DNA from: a virus | Taxonomy: Duplodnaviria; Caudoviricetes | Length of the DNA stretch: 40,612 bases | Direction: 5' to 3' (one strand) | Virus record (IMG/VR): IMGVR_UViG_3300030606_000020 | Location: 1-40,612 of that record | In this document: in pieces, positions 1 through 9,648 of the stretch | Layout: every line of letters begins with the position of its first letter | Position numbering within the stretch: position 1 is the first letter of the stretch | The notes under the pieces: model-generated | The model's database searches: none | What the model was told of the DNA's origin: nothing | The model's input: the letters and a program-made list of their open reading frames with translations, nothing else | Translations under genes and position numbers: made by a program

Positions 1-239
1 CGTATATGTGGTGGAAGATGCGCGAGGGCATCCGCGCCGGCCTGGCAATCGATGACGACCCTGAACTGGAAACCGAACTGACCAGCCCCGAGTACAACCA
101 CAACGCCCGCGACCAGCTGTAGCTTGAGAAGAAAGACGATATCAAGAAGCGCCTCGGCATCAGCCCTGACGATGGCGACAGCCTGGCCCTGACCTACGCT
201 ATGCCTGTGATGAAAATACAGGACGCCGGCATGCATACC
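1..239. repeat. Direct terminal repeat, left copy (circular assembly overlap)
   Basis: 1-239 matches 40374-40612 except T120 versus C40493. Confidence 0.97.
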
Positions 240-305
240 AGTTGGGATCCGTACTCAGTGAACGCCAGCGGCGACGTGCAAACCGATTGGGACCCGCTGG
301 CATGA
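3..305 (+). CDS. terL: C-terminal part of terminase large subunit, continuing across the circular join
   Basis: Same frame as 39152-40612 through the repeat: YMWWKMREG...KKRLGISPDDGDSLALTYA...WDPLA*. This copy has an in-frame TAG at 120-122 where the right copy has CAG. Confidence 0.9.
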
Positions 306-712
306 TCAAATCGTATTGGCTGGCGCCGGGCGATCTGTGCCTGGGCGCTGACGTCATCCCGGCCGTATATGCCGAACTGCCAGAGTTCCGCGAGGGCGGC
401 AGCCTGGAGCAAGTCACCGAGCGCATGCTGGCCGCGACCGAGGACGCCTATCGATATGAGTTGCTTGTCGTCGACAATGGCCGCCTGATCGGCTTCGCCT
501 GTGTGCTGGTGGATGATGACATGCACGTCGGCCGCTGTTTGACGTTGCAATGGCAGTACGTTGTGCCTGAGCATCGCGGCAAGATTGGCGGCGAGTTCCT
601 GCGCTGGCTGGTGAAGACTGGGCGCAAACTCGGTTTTCAGTTCGTCGCCTACTCTCACCGGGTAACCCATCGGCATTACGCCATCAAGTACAGGAGACTC
701 AACCATGGGTAA
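302..712 (+). CDS. GNAT-family acetyltransferase
   Basis: ATG overlaps the terL stop (ATGA). Contains RLIGFA and YVVPEHRGKIGG (acetyl-CoA binding motif A). Confidence 0.8.
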   Translation: MIKSYWLAPGDLCLGADVIPAVYAELPEFREGGSLEQVTERMLAATEDAYRYELLVVDNGRLIGFACVLVDDDMHVGRCLTLQWQYVVPEHRGKIGGEFLRWLVKTGRKLGFQFVAYSHRVTHRHYAIKYRRLNHG

Positions 713-1037
713 GAAAGTCCGCAAGGCCGTCGCCAAGTTCGACCTCGGCCACCAGTTCGCCAAGAAGATGGGCCTGCCCGATCCTGCCGGCGACACGCTG
801 TACGGCTCGGAAAGGGCGCTGTCGCCAGCCGAACAAGCCGAGAAAGCCGCGAAAGAATCGGCAAACGAGACCGGCGCCACACCGCCCGCCACACCAACCG
901 CCGTATCCGACGACACCCTGGCTGCGCGCGAGGCCCAGCGTAAGCGCCAACTGGCAGCAGCCGGGCTGTCCGGCACCAACCGCACCGGTGGCCTGTCGGC
1001 CGTCAGCACCGGCACCAAGACCCTGCTAGGGAGCTGA
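705..1037 (+). CDS. Small virion-associated protein upstream of portal
   Basis: AGGAG RBS; C-terminal TKTLLGS resembles pre-portal proteins of podophages; synteny. Confidence 0.65.
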   Translation: MGKKVRKAVAKFDLGHQFAKKMGLPDPAGDTLYGSERALSPAEQAEKAAKESANETGATPPATPTAVSDDTLAAREAQRKRQLAAAGLSGTNRTGGLSAVSTGTKTLLGS

Positions 1038-1039
1038 GC

Positions 1040-2737
1040 ATGCCTAGAATCGACATGGCCGAAGCGGAGCGGGTGCGCAAGAAGGGCCAACAGCTGTTGG
1101 CTGACCGCGATAGCACATGGATTCCGAAGTGGAAGCTCATGCGCGATTACTTGGCGCCCAACGATGGACAGTTTGATGGTGACCTGCCGAACGAAGGCCG
1201 GCGCCGCGACCAGAAGATCAACAACAAACGGCCCATGCGCTCGGCGCAGATTGCCGCGGCCGGCATGGCCAGCGGCATGGCCAGCCAGGCCCGGCCATGG
1301 TTCAACCTGGAAGCACCGAACGGCGTGCCGCGCACCTCGGCCGTGCAGCGCTGGCTGTTCGAAGTGCAGGAGTCGATTCGTTCGGTGCTGTCGAAGTCGA
1401 ACCTGTACAACATCCTCCCGCAGATCTTCCACAGTCAGGCGGTCTATGGCACCGCGGCCATGTGCGCACTGCCAGATGACCAAGACGTGATCCGCTTCTA
1501 CCACTACCCTGTCGGCACCTTCGCCCTGGATACCAGCGCACGCGGCGTGGTCGATACCTTCTATCGCGAGTACACGATGACCCCGCGGCAGATGGCGCAG
1601 CAGTTCGGCAAGGACAATCTGTCACTCAATGCCCAGGGTGCAGCGGAGCGCGGCGAACTGAAACCGGTGTGCGTCTGCCACCTGATTGAGCCCAACCCCG
1701 ACGCTGACATGAAACGCGTCGACAACAAGGCCATGCCCTGGCGTTCGACCTACTGGGAGAAGGGTGGCAACGATACGATGGTGCTGCGCCAGGGTGGCTT
1801 TACCGCCTTCCCGATCATGGCACCGCGCTGGGACGTGAACGGAACCAACGTCTACGGCACCGGGCCGGGCGACGTGGCCCTGGGAAAATCCCGCGAGCTG
1901 CAATTGTTGGAGGCTGACAAGCTGCGCGTGGTGCAGCAGTACGCCAGGCCGGCCACCACCGCGCCGCTGAGCATGCGCGGGCAAGCCGCAAGCCTGGTGC
2001 CGGGCGGCATTGCCTGGGTGCCTGACAACTTGGTCGGCCAGGCCTTCATGCCGGCCTATACCCCGGACCCGAACGTCTTGCCAAACATCCGCGGCGAGAT
2101 CAACGAGTGCATCGGCGCGATATCGGAGGCGTTTTTCGAAGACCTGTTTCTGCTGATCAGCCAGTCCGAAGGCACCATGACTGCCTACGAGGTGTCGCAG
2201 CGCAAGGAAGAGAAAATGCTGATGCTTGGCCCGGTGGTCGAGCGCAACAATGACGAACTCTTTGACCCGCTGATGGACATGGTTTTCTCGGTGATGCTCG
2301 AGCAGTCGCAACCGATCTGGATGGGCTTGCTGCCCGGTACTCCGCTGATCCCGCCGCCGCCCGAGGAACTGACCGGCGTGCCGCTGACTGTCGAGTACGT
2401 CAGCATCTTGGCCCAGGCGCAGAAGGCTGTAGCCGTTGGCAGCATCGAGCGGGCGCTGCAGTTCACCTCCATGCTGGTGCAGTCTGGCCAGCAAGACGCC
2501 TTCGACAAGATCGATACCGACCAGGCGCAGGAGGCGTACTACACCGCGGTCGGGGCACCGCCGACCATGATCCGTGACGCCGAGCAGGTGGGTGCCATTC
2601 GCCAGGCCAGGGCGCAGGCACAGGCCCAGCAACAGCAGATGGAGCAAGGCATGGCCATGGCGCAAGGGGCCAAGACATTGGCGGAAACGCCAACCGACGG
2701 TGATACTGCCCTGAGCGCCCTGGTCGGCGCACTTTAA
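1040..2737 (+). CDS. Portal (head-tail connector)
   Basis: 565 aa with RPWF, PRW..GTNVYGTGPG, MTAYEVSQRKEEKMLMLGPV and EYVSILAQAQK motifs of T7/BPP-1 type portals. Confidence 0.95.
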   Translation: MPRIDMAEAERVRKKGQQLLADRDSTWIPKWKLMRDYLAPNDGQFDGDLPNEGRRRDQKINNKRPMRSAQIAAAGMASGMASQARPWFNLEAPNGVPRTSAVQRWLFEVQESIRSVLSKSNLYNILPQIFHSQAVYGTAAMCALPDDQDVIRFYHYPVGTFALDTSARGVVDTFYREYTMTPRQMAQQFGKDNLSLNAQGAAERGELKPVCVCHLIEPNPDADMKRVDNKAMPWRSTYWEKGGNDTMVLRQGGFTAFPIMAPRWDVNGTNVYGTGPGDVALGKSRELQLLEADKLRVVQQYARPATTAPLSMRGQAASLVPGGIAWVPDNLVGQAFMPAYTPDPNVLPNIRGEINECIGAISEAFFEDLFLLISQSEGTMTAYEVSQRKEEKMLMLGPVVERNNDELFDPLMDMVFSVMLEQSQPIWMGLLPGTPLIPPPPEELTGVPLTVEYVSILAQAQKAVAVGSIERALQFTSMLVQSGQQDAFDKIDTDQAQEAYYTAVGAPPTMIRDAEQVGAIRQARAQAQAQQQQMEQGMAMAQGAKTLAETPTDGDTALSALVGAL

Positions 2738-2754
2738 CCAAAGGTGTCTATATT

Positions 2755-3069
2755 TTGACCAAACAGGCAGAGGCCGCTAAATTGGCGGCCATTGAACGAC
2801 GCGAAGGCTGGCGCACGATGATGAGCACGCCGGCCGCTCGCCGGGTGATATGGGAGCGGTTCGAGGTGATGGGCATTTACAGCCAGTGCCAGATAGTGCA
2901 GCCGGTAGAGCTTGCTTACAACGAGGGTAAGCGCACGGTTGCCCTGCAGGTGATGAACGATTTGCTGGTCGAATGCCCTGAACTGTACGACCGCATGGTG
3001 GTGGAAAACCGGGCAAGGCTTGCACAAGAACGGGCCGAGTCCGAACTGGAGAACGAAAACGATGAATGA
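2755..3069 (+). CDS. Bbp19-like head protein
   Basis: MMSTPAARRVIW...AYNEGKRTVAL motif; position after portal. Confidence 0.75.
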   Translation: MTKQAEAAKLAAIERREGWRTMMSTPAARRVIWERFEVMGIYSQCQIVQPVELAYNEGKRTVALQVMNDLLVECPELYDRMVVENRARLAQERAESELENENDE

Positions 3070-3412
3070 CAAATCGATCGAGCAAGAGATTCAAGCCAAA
3101 GGCCTGACCGCGCCGCGCATCACGCCGGCCAGCCTTGAGGCGAACATTGCCAGCGAGCACTATTTCACTGCTGGCCAGGCTACAGCCAACACAATTGCTG
3201 GCTTTGAAGCGCGCGCAACTCTGGACCTGCTGACCTTCTGCGTCCTGGTGCTGCGCAACGGCTTCACCGTCACCGGTGAGTCGGCCTGCGCCAGCCCTGA
3301 GAACTTCGACGCCGAACTTGGCCGCAAGATCGCCCGCCAGAACGCTGTCGCCAAAGTCTGGCCGCTTATGGGCTACGAGCTGCGTAGCAAGCTTGCTGGG
3401 GGTGCTGAATGA
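3062..3412 (+). CDS. Gp49-family protein, Tad1-like nucleotide-signal sponge
   Basis: TFCVLVLRNGFTVTGESACASPENFDAELGRKIA...KVWPLMGYEL matches the Phage_gp49_66 pattern. Start placed at ATG 3062 after GGAG. Confidence 0.8.
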   Translation: MNDKSIEQEIQAKGLTAPRITPASLEANIASEHYFTAGQATANTIAGFEARATLDLLTFCVLVLRNGFTVTGESACASPENFDAELGRKIARQNAVAKVWPLMGYELRSKLAGGAE

Positions 3413-4128
3413 ACCATTTCATCCATCGCATGCTTGGCCATTACCTGCAGGACGAAGCGCCTGCCGATGGCGGCGAAGGCGGCGGTGCCGCACCCGCTGC
3501 ACCCGCGCCAGCCCCTGCTGCTGATCCTGCCGCGCCAGCCACACCTGCCGCCGAAGCCGGCAGCCTGTTGGGCGACCTGGCCAAACCTGACGGTGAGGCC
3601 ACCAAGCCAGCCGAGGGTGAAGACCAGGCAGCCAAGCCCGCCGACGTGCCCGAGGCCTACCAGTTCAAGCTGCCCGACGGCGTAGAGCTGGACGAAGCCG
3701 TGATGCCGCAGGTGCAGGAGCTGTTCAAGAAGCTCGGCCTGCCGCAAGACAAGGCCCAGGAAACCATGGAGGCGCTGCTGGCCATCGACCAGGCCCGCCA
3801 GCCAACGCCCGAGCAGATCGAGCAGGAGCAAGTCGAGGCGATCACCCACCTCAACAAAACCTGGGCCGACGAGTGCGCCAAGCTGCCGGAGATCGGCGGC
3901 GAGAACTTCCAGAAGTCGCTGGAGATCACCAGCAAGGTCATGGTCAAATTCGCCACGCCGGAGTTCCGGCAGATGCTCAACCAGTCGGCGCTCGGTTCCA
4001 ACCCCGAGTTCTTCAAATTCATGCACTCTATTGGCTCGGCAATGTCGCAGGACACGCTGGAGCACGGCGGTAACGCGAGTAAAGGCCCTCGCAGTATCGA
4101 AGAGCGACTCTGGCCTACATCCAATTAA
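3409..4128 (+). CDS. Capsid scaffolding/assembly protein
   Basis: Ala/Pro/acidic N-terminus, VPEAYQFKLPDG, LGSNPEFFKFM..IG.AMSQD; directly upstream of the capsid gene. Confidence 0.8.
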   Translation: MNHFIHRMLGHYLQDEAPADGGEGGGAAPAAPAPAPAADPAAPATPAAEAGSLLGDLAKPDGEATKPAEGEDQAAKPADVPEAYQFKLPDGVELDEAVMPQVQELFKKLGLPQDKAQETMEALLAIDQARQPTPEQIEQEQVEAITHLNKTWADECAKLPEIGGENFQKSLEITSKVMVKFATPEFRQMLNQSALGSNPEFFKFMHSIGSAMSQDTLEHGGNASKGPRSIEERLWPTSN

Positions 4129-4140
4129 GGGGAAACACCT

Positions 4141-5142
4141 ATGACCACGCTAACCGGGAAAGTGACGCTGCTGGATGTTGCCAAAACCTTGGATCCTGAC
4201 GGCAGAACCGCGGCCATCGCCGAACTGCTGAGCCAGGACAACGAAATGCTGATCGACATGCCCTGGTTCGAGGGCAACCTGCCGACCGGCCACCGCACCA
4301 CCGTGCGCACCGGCCTGCCGGAAGTGATCTTTCGCAAGCTCAACAGCGGCGTGCCGCCGAGCAAGGCGACCACCGCCCAGTTGGACGAAGCCTGTGGCAT
4401 CCTCGAAGGCCGCTCCGAGATCGACTGTGCATTGGCCGACCTCAACGGCAACACCACCAATTACCGGTTGACTCAGTCGACCTCGTTCTTGGAGGCGATG
4501 AACCAGAAGATGCAACAGCAGGTCATCTACGGCGACCGCCTCACGCCCGAGGCTTTCGTGGGCCTGTCGCCGCGCTTCGATGACGTGCCGACCACTTCCG
4601 GTGGCGCCGAGAACAAGGTCAACGTGATCGATGCGGGCGGCACCGGCACTGACAACACCTCGGTCTGGCTGGTCGGCTGGGGTCCGCGCAGCATCCACGG
4701 CATCTTCCCGAAGGGTTCGAAGGCCGGCCTGGACCACGAAGACCTCGGCAAGATCGATGCCTTCGACAGCAACAACAACCGCTTCCGCGCCTACGGCGAT
4801 CGCTTCGAATGGAAGTGCGGCATCGCTGTGCCGGACTGGCGTTATGTGGTGCGCATCGCCAACATCGATGTGTCCGACCTGACCAAGAACGCCAGCGCCG
4901 GCGCCGACTTGATCGACCTGATGACCCAGGCCCAGGAAATGATCCACACCCTGACCGGGGTCAAGCCGGCGTACTACGGTAACCGCACCATCCGCAGCTT
5001 CCTGCGCCGCCAGACCGTCAACAAGGTGGCCGCGTCGACCTTGATGTATGACGAAGTCGACGGCAAGCCTGCGCTGATGTTCGGCGAAGTTCCGGTGCGT
5101 CGTGTCGACGCCATTCTCAACTCCGAGGCGCGCGTGGTCTAA
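4141..5142 (+). CDS. Major capsid protein (BPP-1/epsilon15 type)
   Basis: 333 aa; AELLSQDNEML.DMPW.EGNLPTGHRTTVRTGLP and DWRYVVRIANIDVS. Confidence 0.95.
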   Translation: MTTLTGKVTLLDVAKTLDPDGRTAAIAELLSQDNEMLIDMPWFEGNLPTGHRTTVRTGLPEVIFRKLNSGVPPSKATTAQLDEACGILEGRSEIDCALADLNGNTTNYRLTQSTSFLEAMNQKMQQQVIYGDRLTPEAFVGLSPRFDDVPTTSGGAENKVNVIDAGGTGTDNTSVWLVGWGPRSIHGIFPKGSKAGLDHEDLGKIDAFDSNNNRFRAYGDRFEWKCGIAVPDWRYVVRIANIDVSDLTKNASAGADLIDLMTQAQEMIHTLTGVKPAYYGNRTIRSFLRRQTVNKVAASTLMYDEVDGKPALMFGEVPVRRVDAILNSEARVV

Positions 5143-5182
5143 GACCACGCAACACCTTTCCAGGACTACAGGAGATCCACTT

Positions 5183-5641
5183 ATGTACGTCGACAAGCAA
5201 GCCGAGTTTTCCGATGCCCAGGCGGTCACCGCCACGGCCATTTCCACCAACGTCATGGACCTGATTAGCAACAGTTCCGGCCTCAACCCGCTGCGCGATA
5301 TCGGCACCGGCCAGGACGTGTATCTGGTCGTTTCGACTCAGACCGCGGCCACCGACACCAGCAGCGATGCCACCCTGACCGTGAGCCTGGAGTCGGATAG
5401 CACCGTCGACCTGGCCACTTCTGCGACCGTGCACTTCACCACTGGCGCGCTGGCCTTCGCGGCGTTCTCGCCGGTCGGCACTGTGCTGATCGCCGTGAAA
5501 CTGCCGATGGGCGAATACGAGCGCTACCTGGGCGTGCGCTACACCGTGGCGAGCGGCCCGCTGACCGCTGGCGCCTTCGACGCCTTCCTTACCACCGACG
5601 TGCAGGCGTTCCGCGCCTATGCCCGCAACTACGTGGTCTAA
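5183..5641 (+). CDS. Bbp16-family capsid cement protein
   Basis: MYVDKQAEFSDAQAVTATAISTNVMDL...ERYLGVRYTVASGPLTAGAFDAFL; AGGAG RBS before ATG 5183. Confidence 0.9.
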   Translation: MYVDKQAEFSDAQAVTATAISTNVMDLISNSSGLNPLRDIGTGQDVYLVVSTQTAATDTSSDATLTVSLESDSTVDLATSATVHFTTGALAFAAFSPVGTVLIAVKLPMGEYERYLGVRYTVASGPLTAGAFDAFLTTDVQAFRAYARNYVV

Positions 5642-5650
5642 GGGGGCTGA

Positions 5651-6073
5651 ATGGCCAAGCGCTATGAGGTGACCCACGTCCCGCACTACATCAGCGGTAA
5701 GCTGGTGTCGCCGGGTCAGGGCGCTGATTCAATCGTCACGCTGCCGGCCGGGGTTCGCCCTGGCCGCTGGCTCAAGGAGGTTGACGCTATCGTGGTTGTT
5801 GGTGGTGTTGACCAATTCGCGGCGAAACACAATGGGCCCGGCGTTGGTGCCGGCAACTGGGCAGTAGAGCGCATCGCGGACGGCAGCCGCGTCAGCGTTG
5901 TTTTCAAGAAGATTGACGGTGATGCCAAGGCGAAAGCCGAAGCCGAAGCCGATCGCCTGAATGCTGGCGGCGAGATTGTTCTGGTAGTCACGGACGGCGC
6001 ACCTTCCTCGGGCCAGGATGACCTCGCAACCAGCTCCCACCACGCGACCGACAGCAACCTGCCGGACGCATAA
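5651..6073 (+). CDS. Hypothetical head-operon protein
   Basis: RBS present, ORF followed by terminator, syntenic with post-cement genes. Confidence 0.7.
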   Translation: MAKRYEVTHVPHYISGKLVSPGQGADSIVTLPAGVRPGRWLKEVDAIVVVGGVDQFAAKHNGPGVGAGNWAVERIADGSRVSVVFKKIDGDAKAKAEAEADRLNAGGEIVLVVTDGAPSSGQDDLATSSHHATDSNLPDA

Positions 6074-6092
6074 GTACACCTCACCACCATTT

Positions 6093-6116
6093 GCCCCCTG
6101 TTTGGGGGCTTTTTTT
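6093..6116 (+). terminator. Intrinsic terminator after head genes
   Basis: GCCCCC-tgttt-GGGGGC followed by T7. Confidence 0.85.
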
Positions 6117-6192
6117 CGCCTGCAATTTGGCGATCTGCTGTAATACGGCGATAGTGCAAGCAGTCCAGAACATGACCAGATAGGGGAAACGC

Positions 6193-6798
6193 ATGGCCAG
6201 CAAGATCGATGTTTACAACATGGCGTTAGGGCACATCGGTGTCAGCTCAACGGTAGCGAATGAACTGGAGCGCAGCCCCGAGCGGGTGATTTGCTCGCGG
6301 TACTGGGATACCTGCCGTGATGCGCTGTTCTCCTACAAGGACATGGAATGGAAGTTTGCCACCGCCACCGTGGTGCTGGCCGACCTGGGCGATCCGCCAT
6401 TGGGCTGGGGCTTTCGCTACCGCTACCCGAACGACTGCATCAATGCCCACGAAGTCATGGGCGAGACGGGGCGCACACAGCCGGTAGCGCTCCGGCCCAA
6501 GTTCGACGTGCAGTACGAAGCCGACGGCCGGGTGATCCTGACCGACACGCCAGACGCTGTGCTGCGCTACACCAAGCGCATCGAGGAAGTTGAGCGCTGG
6601 CCGTCCTCGTTCGTCGAGGCCATGGGCTACCGCCTGGCCGGCTTGATCGTCATGCCGTTGAAGAACGACCCAGGCAATCGCAAAAACCTGTTGCAGCTGG
6701 CCGAACAATTCGTGCAAATCGCCATGTGTGCCAGCCTCAACGAAGGCGAACCGGACGGTCCGTTCCCGTCGATCTATGAGACGGAGATTCACGCATGA
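6193..6798 (+). CDS. Tail tubular protein A (adaptor)
   Basis: IDVYNMALGHIG, WKFAT, YRYPNDC and FVEAMGYRLA motifs. Confidence 0.85.
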   Translation: MASKIDVYNMALGHIGVSSTVANELERSPERVICSRYWDTCRDALFSYKDMEWKFATATVVLADLGDPPLGWGFRYRYPNDCINAHEVMGETGRTQPVALRPKFDVQYEADGRVILTDTPDAVLRYTKRIEEVERWPSSFVEAMGYRLAGLIVMPLKNDPGNRKNLLQLAEQFVQIAMCASLNEGEPDGPFPSIYETEIHA

Positions 6799-9149
6799 CG
6801 ATCTCACTGATCCAGCCGAGCTTTTCCCGCGGCGAACTGGGGCCGGAACTGGCCGCGCGCGCCGATATCGCGGCCTACCAGACCGGCCTGGCCAAGTGCA
6901 GCAACTTTATCGTCAGCCCATACGGCGGGGTGATGAATCGCCCCGGCACCATGTTCCTGGCGCAGACCCTCGGTAATGAGGTGGCGCGCCTGATCCGCTT
7001 CAAGTTCAGCGTAAACGATACCTATGCGCTGGAGTTCACCCACCTGAAGATGCGCCTGTACCGCAACGGTGGGTTGGTGCTGAACAGTGCCGGCCCCGAT
7101 ATCGGACTGCCGTTCGAGCTGGTCACGCCGTTCACCCGTGACCAGATTTTCGAGATCAACTACACCCAGTCGGCAGACGTGATGGATATCGTCCACCCCA
7201 GCCACAAGCCACAGAAGCTTATCCGGCTCGATCACGACGACTGGACCATTGCGCCGGTCAGCCTGGTGCCGAGCATCGCGGCGCCGGCCAGCGCCACCGC
7301 GACCGCAGACGCGGGCGGAAGTTCGGCGATCACCCAGGCCTGGCGCTACCAAGTGACGGCTGTGGTCGATGATGGCACGCAGACCAGCGAAGAATCATTG
7401 CCGGTCACGTCCAATTCGATCAACGTCAAGACCGACAACCTCAAGGCGTCGATAGTGTGGGATGCGGTTGCTGGCGCGACCTATTACCACCTGTACAAAG
7501 ACAACGCCGGGGCGGGGATTTACGGATTTATCGGCCGGGCGACTTCGACCTCATTCACCGACGAGAACCTGGCCCCGGTGAAAAGCGACACGCCGCCGAC
7601 CGGCACCGATCCGTTTGTAGGCGCCGGCAACTTTCCCCGCGCCGTCGGCTACTTCCAGCAACGGCTGTGCTACGCCAGCACCGACAACCGCCCGCAAACG
7701 CTGTGGTTCAGCCGCACCGGGGTGTTTACCAACTTCGGCTATTCGTTCCCGTCCAAGGATGACGACTCGATCGTCTGGACCATCGCCAGCACCGAGGTGA
7801 ACCGGATCAATCACCTGACCCCGCTGCGCTCGCTGATGACCTTCACCGACGGCGCCGAGTGGCTTATCAGCGGACAAGCCAGCGGCTTTACTTCCAAGAC
7901 CATCAGTGGCGACCCGCAGACCTATAACGGCATCGGCCAGTTGCGCCCGCTGGTGCTCAACAACACCGCAATCTATGCCCAGGAGCGCGGGCGCACCGTG
8001 ACCGCTTTCGGCTACTCGCTGGAATCCGACGGATTCAGTGGCAACGATATCAGCGTGCTGTCGCCGCAGATGCTGCAAGAGAACAGCCTGGTCGATTGGG
8101 ACTACCAGAAGATCCCCTATTCCATCGTGTGGGGCGTGCGTTCCGACGGCGACATGGTGGGCGTGACCTACATGGCCGAGCAGCAGGTTATCGGTTGGCA
8201 CCGGCACAACACCGATGGCGACGTGCTGTCGCTGTGCTCGGTGCCAGAAGGGCGCGAAGACTCGGTGTATCTGTGCGTCGAGCGCACGGTGGAAGGGGCT
8301 CCAGTGCGTTATGTCGAGCGCATGGCGCAGCGGCAACTGCCGACCTATCAGGGTGAATCGCTGATCAGCTACGCGTGGTTCGTTGATTGCGGCCTGCGCT
8401 ATGACGGCACCAACGCCACCGCAGAAACCATGACGTTGAGCGGCGGCACCACTTGGAAGTATCCCGAGCCGCTGACCCTTACCAGTTCCAACGGTTCGCG
8501 CTTCGCTGCCGGCGATGTGGGCGACGAGGTGCAGTACATCCCGACGCCTGACGCCGAGCCATTCCGCCTGACCATTACCGGCTTCACCAGCGGCGCGGTG
8601 GTGACGGTGCGCCCGATTGGCGAGGTGCCTGCCGCGATTCGCAGTGTGGCGTTCACCACCTGGGCGATTGCCCGCGACACGCTGGCCGGGCTGGATCACC
8701 TCGAAGGCCGCGACGTGGTTGCGCTGGTCGACGGCAACGTGGTCAGGAACCTGACGGTCACCAGTGGCGCCATTAGCCTGGAAACGGCTGGGGCCATTGC
8801 GCTGGTTGGCCTGCCCTATGAATCGGAGTTGCAGACCCTGGAAGTCACGGTGCCGAATCAGGAAACCCTGAGCGACAAGGCCAAGATCATCAAGGCGGTG
8901 ACCGCGGTACTGCTGGAGTCGCGCGGCGGCTGGTACGGGCGCAGCAACAGCGAGGCCGACCTGTGGGAGTTCAAGCCGCGGCGCGAAACTGACGACTACG
9001 GGTCCATCCAGACCATCACCGGCAAGGCCACGCAAATCATCACCGACGCATGGGCCGGCAACGGCAAGATCACCGTGGTGCAGCGCGACCCGCTGCCGCT
9101 GAACATCCTGGCGCTGATTCCGCGCATGGATGCCGGGGGTGAATATTGA
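6795..9149 (+). CDS. Tail tubular protein B (nozzle)
   Basis: QPSFSRGELGP..ARAD, NRPGT.F, FPRAVGYFQQRL, GWHRH.TDG, QRDPLPLNILAL. Confidence 0.9.
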   Translation: MTISLIQPSFSRGELGPELAARADIAAYQTGLAKCSNFIVSPYGGVMNRPGTMFLAQTLGNEVARLIRFKFSVNDTYALEFTHLKMRLYRNGGLVLNSAGPDIGLPFELVTPFTRDQIFEINYTQSADVMDIVHPSHKPQKLIRLDHDDWTIAPVSLVPSIAAPASATATADAGGSSAITQAWRYQVTAVVDDGTQTSEESLPVTSNSINVKTDNLKASIVWDAVAGATYYHLYKDNAGAGIYGFIGRATSTSFTDENLAPVKSDTPPTGTDPFVGAGNFPRAVGYFQQRLCYASTDNRPQTLWFSRTGVFTNFGYSFPSKDDDSIVWTIASTEVNRINHLTPLRSLMTFTDGAEWLISGQASGFTSKTISGDPQTYNGIGQLRPLVLNNTAIYAQERGRTVTAFGYSLESDGFSGNDISVLSPQMLQENSLVDWDYQKIPYSIVWGVRSDGDMVGVTYMAEQQVIGWHRHNTDGDVLSLCSVPEGREDSVYLCVERTVEGAPVRYVERMAQRQLPTYQGESLISYAWFVDCGLRYDGTNATAETMTLSGGTTWKYPEPLTLTSSNGSRFAAGDVGDEVQYIPTPDAEPFRLTITGFTSGAVVTVRPIGEVPAAIRSVAFTTWAIARDTLAGLDHLEGRDVVALVDGNVVRNLTVTSGAISLETAGAIALVGLPYESELQTLEVTVPNQETLSDKAKIIKAVTAVLLESRGGWYGRSNSEADLWEFKPRRETDDYGSIQTITGKATQIITDAWAGNGKITVVQRDPLPLNILALIPRMDAGGEY

Positions 9150-9601
9150 GCGCGACCATTCGACCGATGCGCTTCGGCGATGCGGCAAGGATTGCCGCCT
9201 GTGCGCGCGCTGCTGACGTCGCCGAGATCAAGGCGTGCTGTGGCCTGGAAATCAAGGAAGCGCTGCTGCAGTGCCTCGAGCACAGCCTTCGCGCCTGGGT
9301 GATCGAGTCGAAGGGCAAGCCGCTGGCGGCCGTCGGCGATACCATGGCGGGCATTGGCATCGGCGTGCCCTGGATGGTCACCACTGACCACATCGTCAGC
9401 GACCGGCGCGGCTTCCTGCGCGCCAGCCGTGCGGTGATGGTCGAAATGCATCAACGGCATTGGTCACTGGTCAATTATGTGGATGCACGCAACGTCGATG
9501 CCATCCGCTGGCTGTCCTGGCTGGGCGCAACCATTGATGAGCCTGTGCCCTACGGCGTCGCCGGGCTACCATTCAGAAAGTTCACGCGCGAACGCGCCTG
9601 A
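9146..9601 (+). CDS. GNAT-like virion assembly protein (T7 gp13-like)
   Basis: LVNYVDARNVDAIRWLSWLGA motif; lies between nozzle and ejection proteins. Confidence 0.8.
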   Translation: MSATIRPMRFGDAARIAACARAADVAEIKACCGLEIKEALLQCLEHSLRAWVIESKGKPLAAVGDTMAGIGIGVPWMVTTDHIVSDRRGFLRASRAVMVEMHQRHWSLVNYVDARNVDAIRWLSWLGATIDEPVPYGVAGLPFRKFTRERA

Positions 9602-9648
9602 AGTCTTAATTAAATTTTCAGCAGGCAATGCCTGCAAGGAAGGTCACC

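Noticed and set aside
120-122. TAG-to-Gln recoding
   Set aside because: Other genes are uninterrupted, rusA ends in TAG, and no suppressor tRNA was seen.
1-239. Biological T7-type terminal repeat
   Set aside because: It lies mid-terL, so an assembly overlap of a circular or permuted genome is more likely.
5102-5183. Open +1 frame linking capsid end to cement gene (possible frameshift fusion)
   Set aside because: No slippery sequence; the cement gene has its own RBS.
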